The notes: a model not told the origin generated them from the letters alone. 63,028 nt of DNA, filler included, from Lenisia limosa (GCA_001655205.1; 9 parts of 9 records of this genome joined end to end with filler, not necessarily neighbours in it), one strand, 5' to 3'. Shown: positions 48,864 to 62,020, counted from the whole stretch's first letter. Translations and numbers: made by a program.

Positions 48864-49348
48864 GGTACTGAAGTTGTGAATGAGATGTTGGAAAACCCAA
48901 GGGTTTCTTGGCAAAAAAAAAGAACCCTCTCACCCAAGGCTGAAAACCCCCCAATAAAATGGCCAATTAGCCTGTGATAGCTTTAGGAGTGTATCAGCGA
49001 AGCTCTTTAAACAATTTCTTAAATGCAGAAAGGCGCTCCTTCTTTCCCTGAGTCTTCAAGTTGGATTTGAACTCAATGAAAGCTGATTTAGTATAATGCT
49101 ATATTCACTTATAATTAAAGAATCCTTTTTTGCGCTTTTTCAGCTTTTCAGCACAACCACTGTCCGGTCTCCCTCTCTCTTCTCCCTCCATTCCTCCCCT
49201 CCCTCTCATCACCCCTCTCTCCCTATTCACACACGATTCACACACACANNNNNNNNNNNNNNNNNNNNNNNNNNNNNNNNNNNNNNNNNNNNTTAATTAA
49301 TTAANNNNNNNNNNNNNNNNNNNNNNNNNNNNNNNNNNNNNNNNNNNN

Positions 49349-51510
49349 ACAGCATCTGTGCCAAAGTAATTGAGGTCCTGGACGCCTTTACCGCATATCT
49401 CCAACGAGTGGTTTTCCTCTGGAGGGGAGGGGGAGTTATTAGAAGCTATGAAATGATATGATATGTTACGCTATGTTATTTGTATTAGGTTTATAGTGTT
49501 ATATATTACTGTGTTTTATTATACACAGTATATAATATAGGTGACCCCCCAAAACCGCGAGCACTACCGAAACCGCGAGCACTTTTTTAAAATACTGATT
49601 TTTATTAGTTTTGCCTTTTAAAAAACTCAAAATTTAACCCTGTAAAAGAGTAAAGGGCATTGAACTGAACTGATTTTTTTAAGAGACTATTCTAGAATTT
49701 TCTAAAAATTTAAATTTGCTTATTTTTGCATTTCAAAACTTGTTTCAGGAAAAAACCCTATTATTGAAGTTTTTGAGGGATTTGTAGGACCGTTTTTGTG
49801 GGATTTTCAAAAAGTATGTTGTGATATGTGTAAGGTTGTTTTCCTCTGGATGGGAGAGGGGGGTCAGCTGTGTAAGTGTGTAAGCATAGGTACATGTATG
49901 TCCACTATCACACTTATTAGAGATAGTGAAGTATAGCACAATATCAACAGCCAAAATATTCAACGTAGTCAAAAGTAAGTCAATTCAGTGCGTTTGGGCT
50001 TCCCTGCGGTCCGAAAAAGAGCGATATATCGATATTTATTGAGGATTTATCGAGAGATTCGGTCCTTTTAGAGACCGTATGGAAGCCCTAGTTATGACGG
50101 AATCTGCTAACTAGGGCTTCACTTCGGTTCGATAAAAGATTGAATTTCCAATAAATCTTCGAAAACTATCGATATTTTACCAGTCTTTTTCGAACCGAAG
50201 TGAAGCCCTACTGCCAACCCACAAGCCCTCCAACCAGAATAGACAGCGTAGGTCTGCGAAGTGATGGGTGTGAAGAACGTGACATCCGAGTGCATTGGAG
50301 TAGGGACAGTTACTTCGGCATCGTAGATGACGTCGTAGCTCTCGGGGTTACTGCTAGAAACACAGGTCGAAACAGCAGTACCGCCCTCTGAGGGGGGGGG
50401 GGTCAACTTTGTATACCTATCATATGATGAATCCATGAGCCAAAAAAGGCGGAGTACAAATGGGAAATTTAGGAAACACAAAAAACAAAAATTAACTAGG
50501 TTTAAATTCAGCTTTTTTTCGGGATCGTAGGGAAGCCCTAAATATAACATTTGAAAGATAGGAAGGAGAGAACCTGTGACCCCTTTTACCATGTACAAAG
50601 AAAGTGGCGCCTTCCAAGGAGTGGATGTCCGTAATCCCAGACTGAAAATGGTAAATACAGGGGGGAAATAATGGTGGAGGTGCAAGTGNNNNNNNNNNNN
50701 NNNNNNNNNNNNNNNNNNNNNNNNNNNNNNNNNNNNNNNNNNNNNNNNNNNNNNNNNNNNNNNNNNNNNNNNNNNNNNNNNNNNNNNNNNNNNNNATAAA
50801 AAATAAGGTTGTACTTGGCCAGAGCCGTCCACACCATCACACTTCTAAGAGATATTGGATTATAGTATATTAATATTAATTCACCCAATCATTTGCTTTA
50901 CAAACTCTGTGCACACAGCTTTCTGTATAATAATAATATTATATACTTTTCTGTGTTTCAGCAACCCCCCCACTCAAAAACCAGACTGAAAAGTCCACCA
51001 TAACACAAATAGGGCTTCACTTCGGTTAGAAAAAAGACTGAATTTCTCGATAAATCCTCGAAAACTATCGATATTTACCGGTCTTTTTCGAGCAGAAGTG
51101 AGGCCCTAAACATAAAACATCAATATCGCCGGCAAACCAGTGCAAAGTAGTCCAGGGTGTGCATGAAGGTGCCGGACAGTTTAGAAGTGTGGCAGTTGGT
51201 CCGAGCTGAAGTCTGTACTGCCAATGCCAGCCCATAGTCTGAGAGTAAGGACAGGGATAATGATGGGATGTGTTGCTGTAATTCGGGGATAATGTGAGGG
51301 TTGATGATAGTTAAATATCGATATTTATCGAGGATTTATCGAGATTTTCACTCTTTTTTGGGACCGACGAAAGCCCTAGGTTTGAGTGTAGATATCAGGT
51401 TGTGATAATTATAACTCCGCTTTGTAGCTGCTTTTATTGAGCCATAATGCATGATAACTTTGTATCACCCCCCCCCCCTCCCATACCCAGCACCAGGAAG
51501 TACTCAAAAA
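49349..51510 (-). CDS. Uncharacterised multi-exon gene fragment (S/T/Y-rich, possibly extracellular)
   Basis: Exons 50387->50240 (EGGTAVSTCVSSSNPESYDVIYDAEVTVPTP..) and 51240->51130 with C-run-AG acceptors and GT donors. Confidence 0.4.
49994..50090. mobile_element. MITE M1, CCTAC-type
   Basis: Both TIRs and inverted core; TSD not clear. Confidence 0.8.
50112..50210. mobile_element. MITE M1
   Basis: TSD ctgctaac/ctgccaac. Confidence 0.9.
51010..51108. mobile_element. MITE M1
   Basis: TSD aacacaaa/aacataaa. Confidence 0.9.
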
Positions 51511-51608
51511 TTTCGTAGTGATTTACACTCAATCTAAACAGTCAAACAGTGTATGATATTACAATATATCAAACATCATATGATATAATAGTAGTATATG
51601 TACATATA

Positions 51609-52215
51609 TAGTCAAAGCTCGGGACACAGTCAAAGCTCGGGACATATCAAAGCTCGGGACATAGACAAAGCTCCGGATATAGTCAAAATTCCGGGACATT
51701 TTGAATTTTCTCTATAAAATCCCTATAAACCTTATTTCCCCACTTTTTTTCGAAAGTAATTTCAATCTAAATCACAGGATGGAATGCCAATGTAACAAAT
51801 TATTGGCACCAATGATATCCGTTTATGGTACTTAAATTGCCAAAAACTGCCCAAACCGTAAAGAAAGGCTATTCAAGGAACAAATGGTAACTATCCGGGA
51901 AAGTTTGAAATTATTGAAAGCACTATTTCGAGTGTTTTTCTCTCAAAAATCACCCTTGCATAGCCAAAACACAGCGTAATTCGTAAACAATTACTCAAAG
52001 TTGCAAATTTTCTTAGCACTAAAAGAGGGATAGGTTTAGAAAAAAAATCCCGTAAAAAGGCAAGGGTAACATCCAGAGGGCATTTGCTCTAAAATATCTG
52101 TCGGACCAGTTTTCCAGAAAACACTCCTATTGGCAAATGCAAGAGGTCAACTTCAAGCTGTCCGGGAGTTTTGATGTGTCCAGTGAATTTTAAATGATGT
52201 CCGGAGCTTTGAGGA
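51609..52215. mobile_element. ~600-bp non-autonomous DNA transposon with repeated subterminal motif
   Basis: Five tandem TCAAAGCTC(G/C)GGACA-like units at 51609-51700; inverted copies (TGTCCGGGAGTTTTGA, TGTCCGGAGCTTTGA) at 52160-52212. Confidence 0.65.
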
Positions 52216-52544
52216 CCCAAATATGCTGCATTATATATGCTCCCGCGCCAAAACAACGTCATTATTGGGATATCCCGTCATTATTGAATAAACGGTGTCA
52301 TAACACCACAAGAATTCATTATTTTACTATTCTAACCAGTAGAAAGTAAAAATTAGNNNNNNNNNNNNNNNNNNNNNNNNNNNNNNNNNNNNNNNNNNNN
52401 TTAATTAATTAANNNNNNNNNNNNNNNNNNNNNNNNNNNNNNNNNNNNNNNNNNNNAGTATTTAAATTTCAAGTGACAAGTATTATTTGGAGTAATACGG
52501 CTGATGAGGTACCTGAGTAATGTACGTTCGACAACTTACATGTT

Positions 52545-52622
52545 CAGTGACTGGGATAAGTCTCGACCGATTTGCTCTTTGATATCCCAAGGAAAACAGG
52601 TCTAGGCTTATCCCGGTCACTG
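52545..52622. mobile_element. MITE M2
   Basis: CAGTGACTGGGATAAGTC..GGCTTATCCCGGTCACTG-TA. Confidence 0.8.
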
Positions 52623-52747
52623 TATGTATACCGTATGCTTTCCACAGGCATGATATGATACAGTATATCAGAATTGGAGTAATACATGTTCTACAACTTA
52701 CAGTATGTATAGTATACCAAGCATGATAGTAAATAACAGACACAACA

Positions 52748-53335
52748 TACCTGTAGTAACAGAGCAGAAGAAGTGCCTTGGCGCTGCACGCCGCCTCGAG
52801 GAGCTCCACCCGGCCCGGGTTTGTAGGTTGGGTCAAACACATCCACCGCGTGGGCATAGAGGGAAACTGTTGTTGGAGGGCTGGAGGAAGGGTGGTGATG
52901 AAACAAAAAAAAAAAGGNNNNNNNNNNNNNNNNNNNNNNNNNNNNNNNNNNNNNNNNNNNNNNNNNNNNNNNNNNNNNNNNNNNNNNNNNNNNNNNNNNN
53001 NNNNNNNNNNNNNNNNNNNNNNNNNNNNNNNNNNNNNNNNNNNNNNNNNNNNNNNNNNNNNNNNNNNNNNNNNNNNNNNNNNNNNNNNNNNNNNNNNNNN
53101 NNNNNNNNNNNNNNNNNNNNNNNNNNNNNNNNNNNNNNNNNNNNNNNNNNNNNNNNNNNNNNNNNNNNNNNNNNNNNNNNNNNNNNNTACCATGAGGCAG
53201 GTTGAGTGGGGAAGAGAGAAGCAGCGGCGGCGAGAGCCAGGTCGTGGGTGGATGAACAAGAGGATACAGATTCTCGAAGGTTCTCAATGAGGCCTTGTGC
53301 GGGGGCACTGGAGAATGTGGGAGCTGTTGGGCTAG
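52748..53335 (+). CDS. Exons of an uncharacterised gene (fragment)
   Basis: tgtag|TAACAGAGCAG..GTTTGTAG|gttggg and a second GC-rich exon ending ctag|gtaagcaggggg. Confidence 0.3.
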
Positions 53336-53649
53336 GTAAGCAGGGGGGGGGGGNNNNNNNNNNNNNNNNNNNNNNNNNNNNNNNNNNNNNNNNNNNNNNN
53401 NNNNNNNNNNNNNNNNNNNNNNNNNNNNNNNNNNNNNNNNNNNNNNNNNNNNNNNNNNNNNNNNNNNNNNNNNNNNNNNNNNNNNNNNNNNNNNNNNNNN
53501 NNNNNNNNNNNNNNNNNNNNNNNNNNNNNNCAAGTGGGCTTATCAAAGATAGTAGGCTCTAAAGTGGGCTTATCAAAGGGCGTTATTGGTTTCTTGCTCC
53601 GTTATAACATAATATACTAGTACAATATTACATATAAAAAGAATACCCC

Positions 53650-54080
53650 CACTGGAATCGAAGCTGGGTGTGGCAGCAATCAGAGGCGAGTCAACCAAAT
53701 GTTGCGCCAGCGTCGTTGAAATTGGAGTCACGTAGCTTTCGGGGTTGGGTATGGCGATGCTAGGTTGTTATTTACCCTGCCCGCTTATTATTTTTTTTAC
53801 AAACAAACCCAAAAATAATATATAACTTTTAGAACAAGAGGGATGAAACAGGGATAAGTCCCGATTGACTAAATACAAAGCTCATTACCCTTGTCCGACA
53901 GCGTCCACACCATCACGCTAATAAGAGATCTTGGATCATATTATAATACTAATTCACCCATATATTTCTTACTCTATTAACACGTTACACTGTTCGATCT
54001 CAATCAACCTTGTACCTATGCCAGTCAATACCAAGGCCTTGGTAGAACTGCTGGCGGTCGGAAGCGTGTCTTGCAATTGC
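53650..54080 (-). CDS. Exons of an uncharacterised gene (fragment)
   Basis: tacag|AIARHASDRQQFYQGLGIDWH|gtacaag and a further exon ending |gtgggg. Confidence 0.3.
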
Positions 54081-54119
54081 CTGTATTGTAAGAGGGGTAT
54101 TGAGAACCGAGAGTTATAT

Positions 54120-54190
54120 CAAGTGAGGGATAACTCTTGACCGATTTCCTATCTGGTTTCCCAAGGAAAAACTATCAAGACCAGGTTACC
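54120..54190. mobile_element. MITE M2, degenerate
   Basis: Shares TCTTGACCGATTT..CCCAAGGAAAA core. Confidence 0.55.
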
Positions 54191-54382
54191 GTATATTGAC
54201 CCTCAAATTTTAATATTGTAACTCCCCATTTTCNNNNNNNNNNNNNNNNNNNNNNNNNNNNNNNNNNNNNNNNNNNNTTAATTAATTAANNNNNNNNNNN
54301 NNNNNNNNNNNNNNNNNNNNNNNNNNNNNNNNNCCCAGGCCATTCGCTTTTGCAGCACTCAAAAAAAAATTGAAAGTTATTT

Positions 54383-54500
54383 TTTTTTTCTTTGTTTCCC
54401 TTCATAAACAAATAAAGTGTATATATATACTGTTTTGAAGGGGAATAGCTTATTTAGCGACCGTAAATAATTAACGACATAATTTTGGACCTTGAGCATA
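54383..54500 (-). repeat. Dispersed repeat family C, copy 2
   Basis: Reverse complement of 6018-6150. Confidence 0.85.
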
Positions 54501-54539
54501 TAATATATTAGCTATGTAGTACGTAATATCCATTATCGT

Positions 54540-56154
54540 ACCTTTTCCTTGGTTTTAGGTCCCGGTCTTCCTCAGATTCGCTTTCACTGCAAAATTAAAG
54601 AAATCATAGAGGGGAAGAGTGCAAAAATCAAAGAGGTAAATATGGAAAATATATGAAACGGATTATAAATGGGGCCCCGACCTGTATTTTTTTGTTTTCC
54701 TGCGGCCGCGCCGCCTCTCGCTATAGTCAGAATCCTCTTCCGAGTCCGAATGCCTCTTCTTATGCCGACGGCGCGATGCTCTGGGAGGGGGGGGGGNNNN
54801 NNNNNNNNNNNNNNNNNNNNNNNNNNNNNNNNNNNNNNNNNNNNNNNNNNNNNNNNNNNNNNNNNNNNNNNNNNNNNNNNNNNNNNNNNNNNNNNNNNNN
54901 NNAACACACGAGGGTTGAAAACAACAAAACAAACAGAGCCCAGGACAATCGCTTCTGCAGCACCGCATCCCGTGATGGAAAAGGGGGGGGGGTAAAATTG
55001 GAAAATTTATGAAAAGAAAATGGAATCTTTACCGGGCAACTCTGTGCATACAGCTTTCTGTGTGCCTCCCCAGATATTGGATTATAGCTTAATAGTATTC
55101 ACCCAATAATTTGCCTTACAACTCTACACATACAAAGGCTTAGAAGTGTCACAACCGACCACGATGAATCAATATTTCCAGACTTTTATATTTTATCCTG
55201 GTCCGAAAAGGCGACAATTATCGTGAAATTCAGTCTTTTTTTGCCCCCTAGTCATACCTGTTTCTGTGGCTATCTTCTTCGGAGTCCTCACTGTCGTCTG
55301 GAGTGTAATTTCGTGTAACTCTTTATTTAGACTGTCATTTTGTAGAAAGTATGATCACACCTTCATTTGACTAGATCATTATATTCATTCCTTTATTTAA
55401 TGTGACCATACCATTATATTATCAGAATATATGTTGGGCTCCCCTACGGTCTGAAAAAGACCTTCATATTTATCGTGAATTTGGGGAATTTCAGTCTTTT
55501 GCGGAGCGAAATGAAGCCCTAATGATATGGTTCTGAGAGTGATCCGCCCTGTCACTTTATTCATTTCATCATGAGGTGAATTCAAACAACCACATATTCC
55601 CAACTGACGGTATAAACAATAAAACAAGCAATAAAGCGGTTGAATGAATTTCAACAAGAATCAAGGCAACTATCCCAACCGTATTTACTCCGAGATCTTG
55701 AGCTTCGTCGTTTGCTGGATCGTCTCTCGCGTTCTGACTCTTCCGAGCTTTCTTCATCATCTCGATCACGGCGATGGGACCGGCTTTTAGAGTCTCGACG
55801 GTTTCTTTCTCGAGAGATCGAGCTACGACGACCTACAAAGGGGGAATCAGGGAATGCAAGACGTAGTCGCCCGCAAAAGAAGCTGATTAGGCTCTCCTAA
55901 ACAAACCTCTTCTGCCTGCAGAGGGAGATGGGGGTGGGCGAGCAGAGGAGTGTGTAACTGATTCTATTAAAGAACGAGTTAGATCAAACTACCCAGTAAA
56001 AAAGCCAACCTTCTCTTCCGTGTGATGATTTGCGTCGGTGAGACGACGACTTCCTGGAATTTTGCGGAGTATCATCATACAAGTCTAACTCGTCTTTATC
56101 CATCCCGCCATCATCCTCGTAGTCGTGCCTGGAGCTACGACTACGCTGCGACAT
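54540..56154 (-). CDS. RS/acidic-rich N-terminus of a putative splicing-related protein (partial)
   Basis: ATG 56154 MSQRSRSSRHDYEDD..; exons GRRSSISRERNRRDSKSRSHRRDRDDEESS.., DDSEDSEEDSHRNR, ASRRRHKKRHSDSEEDSDY.. with GT/AG ends. Confidence 0.55.
55434..55521. mobile_element. MITE M1, hybrid TIRs
   Basis: Left GGGCTCCCCTACGGTC, right GCGAAATGAAGCCCTA; flanks aatatatg/atgatatg. Confidence 0.75.
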
Positions 56155-56646
56155 TCTATTTATAGTTTACAGCGGATATAACAATTGACAATGAAAAGGG
56201 GATTCACTAAACTAAGCCTAGTTCTGTTGTGTTATATAGAGTTCTTTAGCGTTCTGCTTATTTTGATGCCATTTTCAGGCATTTTTCCTAAGACAACTTG
56301 CATTACTAACATTATGGGGCTAATGTAAGTTTCAGGGTTTTTTTTTTACACTTTTACCCTCCCCTTGACACCAACAAACTCACAACCTAGCCCTAATCTT
56401 ATGATTATAAAATTCTGTAATATATCCAGATATATCTAATATTATAATATTGTAATATACAGGTAAACGGTTATATTTTTTATTAATTCAGCGTAATGTC
56501 AGAATGTCAGAGTCTGAAAAATGTTGTAATGTCACTTTCACAATACAGTCAAACAAATAAATAATCAAAGAGCAACCTCACACCAACGTAATTACTACGT
56601 CTTTTTTGGTGCCAAGAATCATAGCATCTTATCACCTCAATGCTTC

Positions 56647-57730
56647 TCATCTGTCAGATCTCATACCGTAACCACGATCACTCCTCATTCCACGCCCTCG
56701 TTCATCACCCCTTCGACACTCCCTATCATCATCCCTACGGAACTCCCTATCATCCCGTCGGTAGTCCCTGCTGTTCCTCGCACCCCCATTATTTCCTCTA
56801 TCATTGCGACGATAAGAAGGGGGTTCGTCTCGGTTGTAGCGACTCACATCGTTGTAACGGTTACTATACCTAAAATCACGGTTATTGTATCACACAGTGA
56901 TGAAATATTGAAAATAAAAATCACCAAATCATTTTTATTAATTCACCCAATCATTTACCCCAATATTAAAACAAACAATATTCAACTATAATATACCTGG
57001 GGGGTGGTGGAGACGGAGCCATTCGCCTCAAGGTGTTCTTATACTCGTCATTTCCCATCACGTTGATCAATCCTTCCTTCTTCAACATCTGCGCCGTTTT
57101 GAGCTTCTCATTAGCCTCGCGCGCCTCACGCTCGGCGCGTAATCGCTCCACAAACCCGGCACGATCTTCGCTGGCCTTCTTTTCAACAGCCATTTTGATT
57201 GCTGTGTCTAATTTCGAGCCTTTTTGAAGCTTTCGCTCCTCTTTCCGCTTCTTCCTTTCCGCCTTTTGCCGTTTCCGTTCCGACTTGGTGGTGATGTCGT
57301 CTTCGTCAGACTCGGGGTAGCTGATAGGCCTGAATTGAGTGAGTCAAGAGCCTCCAGAAACGGTATTTTAAAAATATATTTATAGTTAGTGTATCATGTG
57401 ATATATTCTTAAATCTGGAGTAGACGGTAAAAATAATCAACAAGGACAAAGAAGGTGGATTATTTGTGTATGCAATCGTATATGAAGCACCAATCAATCA
57501 CCTCTTACCCCCCAGACTTTCTCCATTTTGTCCCTTTATTCAACCCCCCCCCCCCNNNNNNNNNNNNNNNNNNNNNNNNNNNNNNNNNNNNNNNNNNNNN
57601 NNNNNNNNNNNNNNNNNNNNNNNNNNNNNNNNNNNNNNNNNNNNNNNNNNNNNNNNNNNNNNNNNNNNNNNNNNNNNNNGAGTTCCTCCGACGACATTGG
57701 ACGCTCGGGAAGGGGGACACTTTTTTTGGG
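56647..57730 (-). CDS. C-terminal exons of a charged coiled-coil, RD/RG-tailed protein
   Basis: Long exon 57330->57000 (KSERKRQKAERKKRKEERK..AEREAREANEKLK) and last exon ending MRSDR* at 56647. Confidence 0.55.
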
Positions 57731-58006
57731 CTATGGAGGGAGTAAAATGAAGGAAATTTAGATGAAGTATATTGGTGCAAAGTACGACTCACGAGTGAAA
57801 TGGGAAATTTATGGAACAAAAAAAAAGCCCAAAATCAACTTGAATGATACATGAGGGTTGAAAACAACAAATCAAACCAAAAAAGCCCAGGCCAGTCNNN
57901 NNNNNNNNNNNNNNNNNNNNNNNNNNNNNNNNNNNNNNNNNTTAATTAATTAANNNNNNNNNNNNNNNNNNNNNNNNNNNNNNNNNNNNNNNNNNNNCCC
58001 CCTTAG

Positions 58007-58879
<873 letters not shown>

Positions 58880-59279
58880 GTTGGGGGGTTGTTGTTGTTA
58901 ATAACATACACAGAGGTACTCCGTGATTAATTTTAACACGTGTGAACTACAATTTTCCATGCAGTGATATGATTCATTTCCAATAGTATGATAATTGACC
59001 AACAAGTCTCAATGATGCTCTGTCTGATACCCTCGGGATGAACCTCATGCTATCTTCGTTTATCATTTTGACTTTAAAATCTGTCATATGATCATATCAC
59101 AACTGGATATGGATGAACATTCTACTGCACAATGTAACCACCCCAGATTCTGCACTTCTGTGAGGCTGAAGATGGCAAGNNNNNNNNNNNNNNNNNNNNN
59201 NNNNNNNNNNNNNNNNNNNNNNNTTAATTAATTAANNNNNNNNNNNNNNNNNNNNNNNNNNNNNNNNNNNNNNNNNNNN

Positions 59280-62020
59280 CACGTCCACAAGGTGCTGGAA
59301 TCTCCATTACCCTCTCACGTCCACAAGGTGCTGGAATCTGGGGTCATTGACATTGACTTCTCCACAAGGCTTATCAGCTTCGTCTTCCTACATTCAGTGA
59401 ATTCTCAATAAACGGCATCGCCAACATCCGAGAGGAAATGATTGATCATTATCAACCGTTATCTTCACTAATCACTTCAAAGATTGCAATCAACCGTTAT
59501 CTTCACTAATCACTTCAAAGATTGCAGTTCAACTATCTATTTTCAATTCTCAAATATAAATTGAACACGATAACACTACTCTGATAGAAATGCACCACCA
59601 CTATCATTACAATACACCACCACTATCATTATAATTGACCCCGCACCGGATTTCTGCTGTCCTCAATGCGGTAAACCATATGCGGTCCATTGACATCGAC
59701 ATATTCAACCTGGGGGTGGGTGAGTAAAATTGGAAAATTTATAAAACAAAAAAAAAGCCCAAATTAACTCTGTTGGCTGACAGACAACACCAGGGTTGAT
59801 AAAAACAATAACAAAAAAAAACAAAGCCCAGAAATTGGATAATTTATAAAAAAAAAACTAAAAAAAATGCAAGACCCGCCACGTTCTCGGGAAGTTTGAA
59901 CATTTCAAGGTGGCGTGAGGCGGGTTCAATCATAAACGCCTCTCCGTGACCCTGAAAACTGTCAAATACGAATCTGATTAAATAGTTTTGGAGTTGATTT
60001 CAGAATTGAAGTTGGTAATATATACAGTGGCCGATATTCCCGATTATTCCGATAAATTCAATAAACAAAATTTAGATGAAAATATAAACAGGTACCTCAC
60101 ACCAACATGCAAAAAAGATCGGATAATCGGGCAATAATAATCCGCCAACCTGGACATAGCCGGATAGTCCCTCACACAAGGCCAATGCGACAGTTGGCCG
60201 CTCATCAGCCTAAAGTTACATTTATACTCAAAACGGGAAGTCGTAAAATTGGTTTATCTTAGATTAAGATCTGATTATATCAGGTACAATTATGAACCTA
60301 AATAGAAAATCTGGCAATCTCAGAAGTTTTAAACTCTGTAAAAAGCACCCATACAAAGTCGTTAATTTATGTAATCTCAGCAAACGCTGGGTAACATAAG
60401 CATCATGTCCGAACCCAAATACCCAAATATAATCACAATACCCAATAATATCAAACTACCTGGGGGTCGTTGACAACCCGGCCCTGGTAGTAGCAGTGAA
60501 TTGGAGGAGGCAGCGTGATTTCCTCAATTAACTCTCCGTCCGGGGAGTAAACCTGGGGAGGGTAAGGATTCCTTAGCTATTAGCATGTAATGTGTACCGG
60601 TTTTGCAAAAAAAAAAAATACCCAAATCATCTTACTCTCACCTCCCCCCCCCCCCCCNNNNNNNNNNNNNNNNNNNNNNNNNNNNNNNNNNNNNNNNNNN
60701 NNNNNNNNNNNNNNNNNNNNNNNNNNNNNNNNNNNNNNNNNNNNNNNNNNNNNNNNNNNNNNNNNNNNNNNNNNNNNNNNNNNNNNNNNNNNNNNNNNNN
60801 NNNNNNNNNNNNNNNNNNNNNNNNNATCTGGCCGAATCCACACCACCACGTTTATAAGAGATATTGGACTATAGTATAACATTAATTCACCCAATCATGA
60901 ATGACACGTTATATGTACATATGATTACGGGTTCCTTACGGTCCCAAAAAAGACTGATTTACTCGATAAATCCTCCATAAAATATCGATATTTGACCAGT
61001 CTTTTTGGATCGTAGGGAAGCCCTACATATGATACATTAAAACACAACAATAATTTTAGAGAGAACTGGAAAGTATCCATCTGCTCACAATCTCTCTCCC
61101 ATTATTATCTCACACATACCTTGCGACAAGTCCCCCCAAGCCCACCTTGGAAAAAGCCTTGATCACTAGACCGGCAATTGAGTCCGGGAATTCATCTTCC
61201 GAGCGTCTCAGGGTCGGCTGAACAGGGTTATTGGGGGATGGGGTGAAAGAAGAAATTCTCTCAAAAATGATGATGAAAAAGGTATAACAATCAACAAAAC
61301 AAACCCTATTATCAACCCAGCAAATAACCCCCCCCCCCACAAGAGAAGGTCTTGTAATTTCGTAATACTCCAGCCCTTTGGCCATATCACTTTCACCCGT
61401 TTTGTCCCGAGGGAGAGAGGCATCAGGGAGGTCTGGGTTGTTAACAGAGATGTTTGAATGATGATAATGGGATTGATAGTGAGTGTTTGAGTGATGTCAA
61501 AATTTGCATTAAAGATGGTTATAATGAGTTAGAGGGAATGTTATTTCGATTGTTACATGAGCAATCCCAAATATCTGACGTCTTAATGATAGTGGAATAG
61601 TCTGAGAAAGACGAAATTACATAAAAAAGACTGGCAATTTGCTCTTGATTTTCTAGAATTATATAATTTATCAAGGGATGGTATCTTGCCACCTACATTT
61701 ACTCCTAAAAACAGAGTATTATATTTCAGTAAACTCAAAAATAAAAAAAAGTTGAATCATTAGACCCCTCCTTCTCATCAACAATGGGACATATGGTGTC
61801 AGCAGCAGTATTTGAGATGTTATTATGAAATGGGCACAAATTATAAACAAGCAGGAATCCTTAAAAACAGAGGAGAAAGCACCACCAAAGGCTTAAGAAG
61901 GGTTCTCAAAATACCTTGTTTGGTGAGGCCCTCAAAGGGCTCAATATTGATGGCATAAGCTGAGATGAGAAGGAGGAAAAGAGCCAACAGCGTTAGCAAT
62001 GGGGGGGAGTGGGGGCGCAT
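59280..62020 (-). CDS. ADAM/ADAMTS-like (M12B reprolysin) metalloprotease: signal peptide and prodomain, truncated by scaffold end
   Basis: ATG 62020 with signal peptide; YYEITRP; IKAFSK; HCYYQGRVVNDPQ|ADERPTVALALCEGLSGYVQ|GHGEAFMIEP; GPHMVYR; cysteine-switch-like KPCGEV. Junctions in frame. Confidence 0.8.
59710..59882 (-). repeat. Intron composed largely of repeat family A
   Basis: ..TCAGCCAACAGAGTTAATTTGGGCTTTT..ATAAATTTTCCAATTTTACTCACCCACCCCCAG; homologous blocks at 3891-4010, 5241-5305, 8139-8195, 9956-10026, 12908-12985, 13405-13465, 18045-18130, 19839-19895, 20245-20410, 39379-39478, 54340-54360, 54903-55020, 57733-57897, 58380-58425. Confidence 0.8.
60926..61025. mobile_element. MITE M1, CCTAC-type
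   Basis: Perfect TSD CATATGAT. Confidence 0.9.

Noticed and set aside
52483-53546. Long ORFs of 237-280 aa
   Set aside because: Mostly X residues from N gaps.
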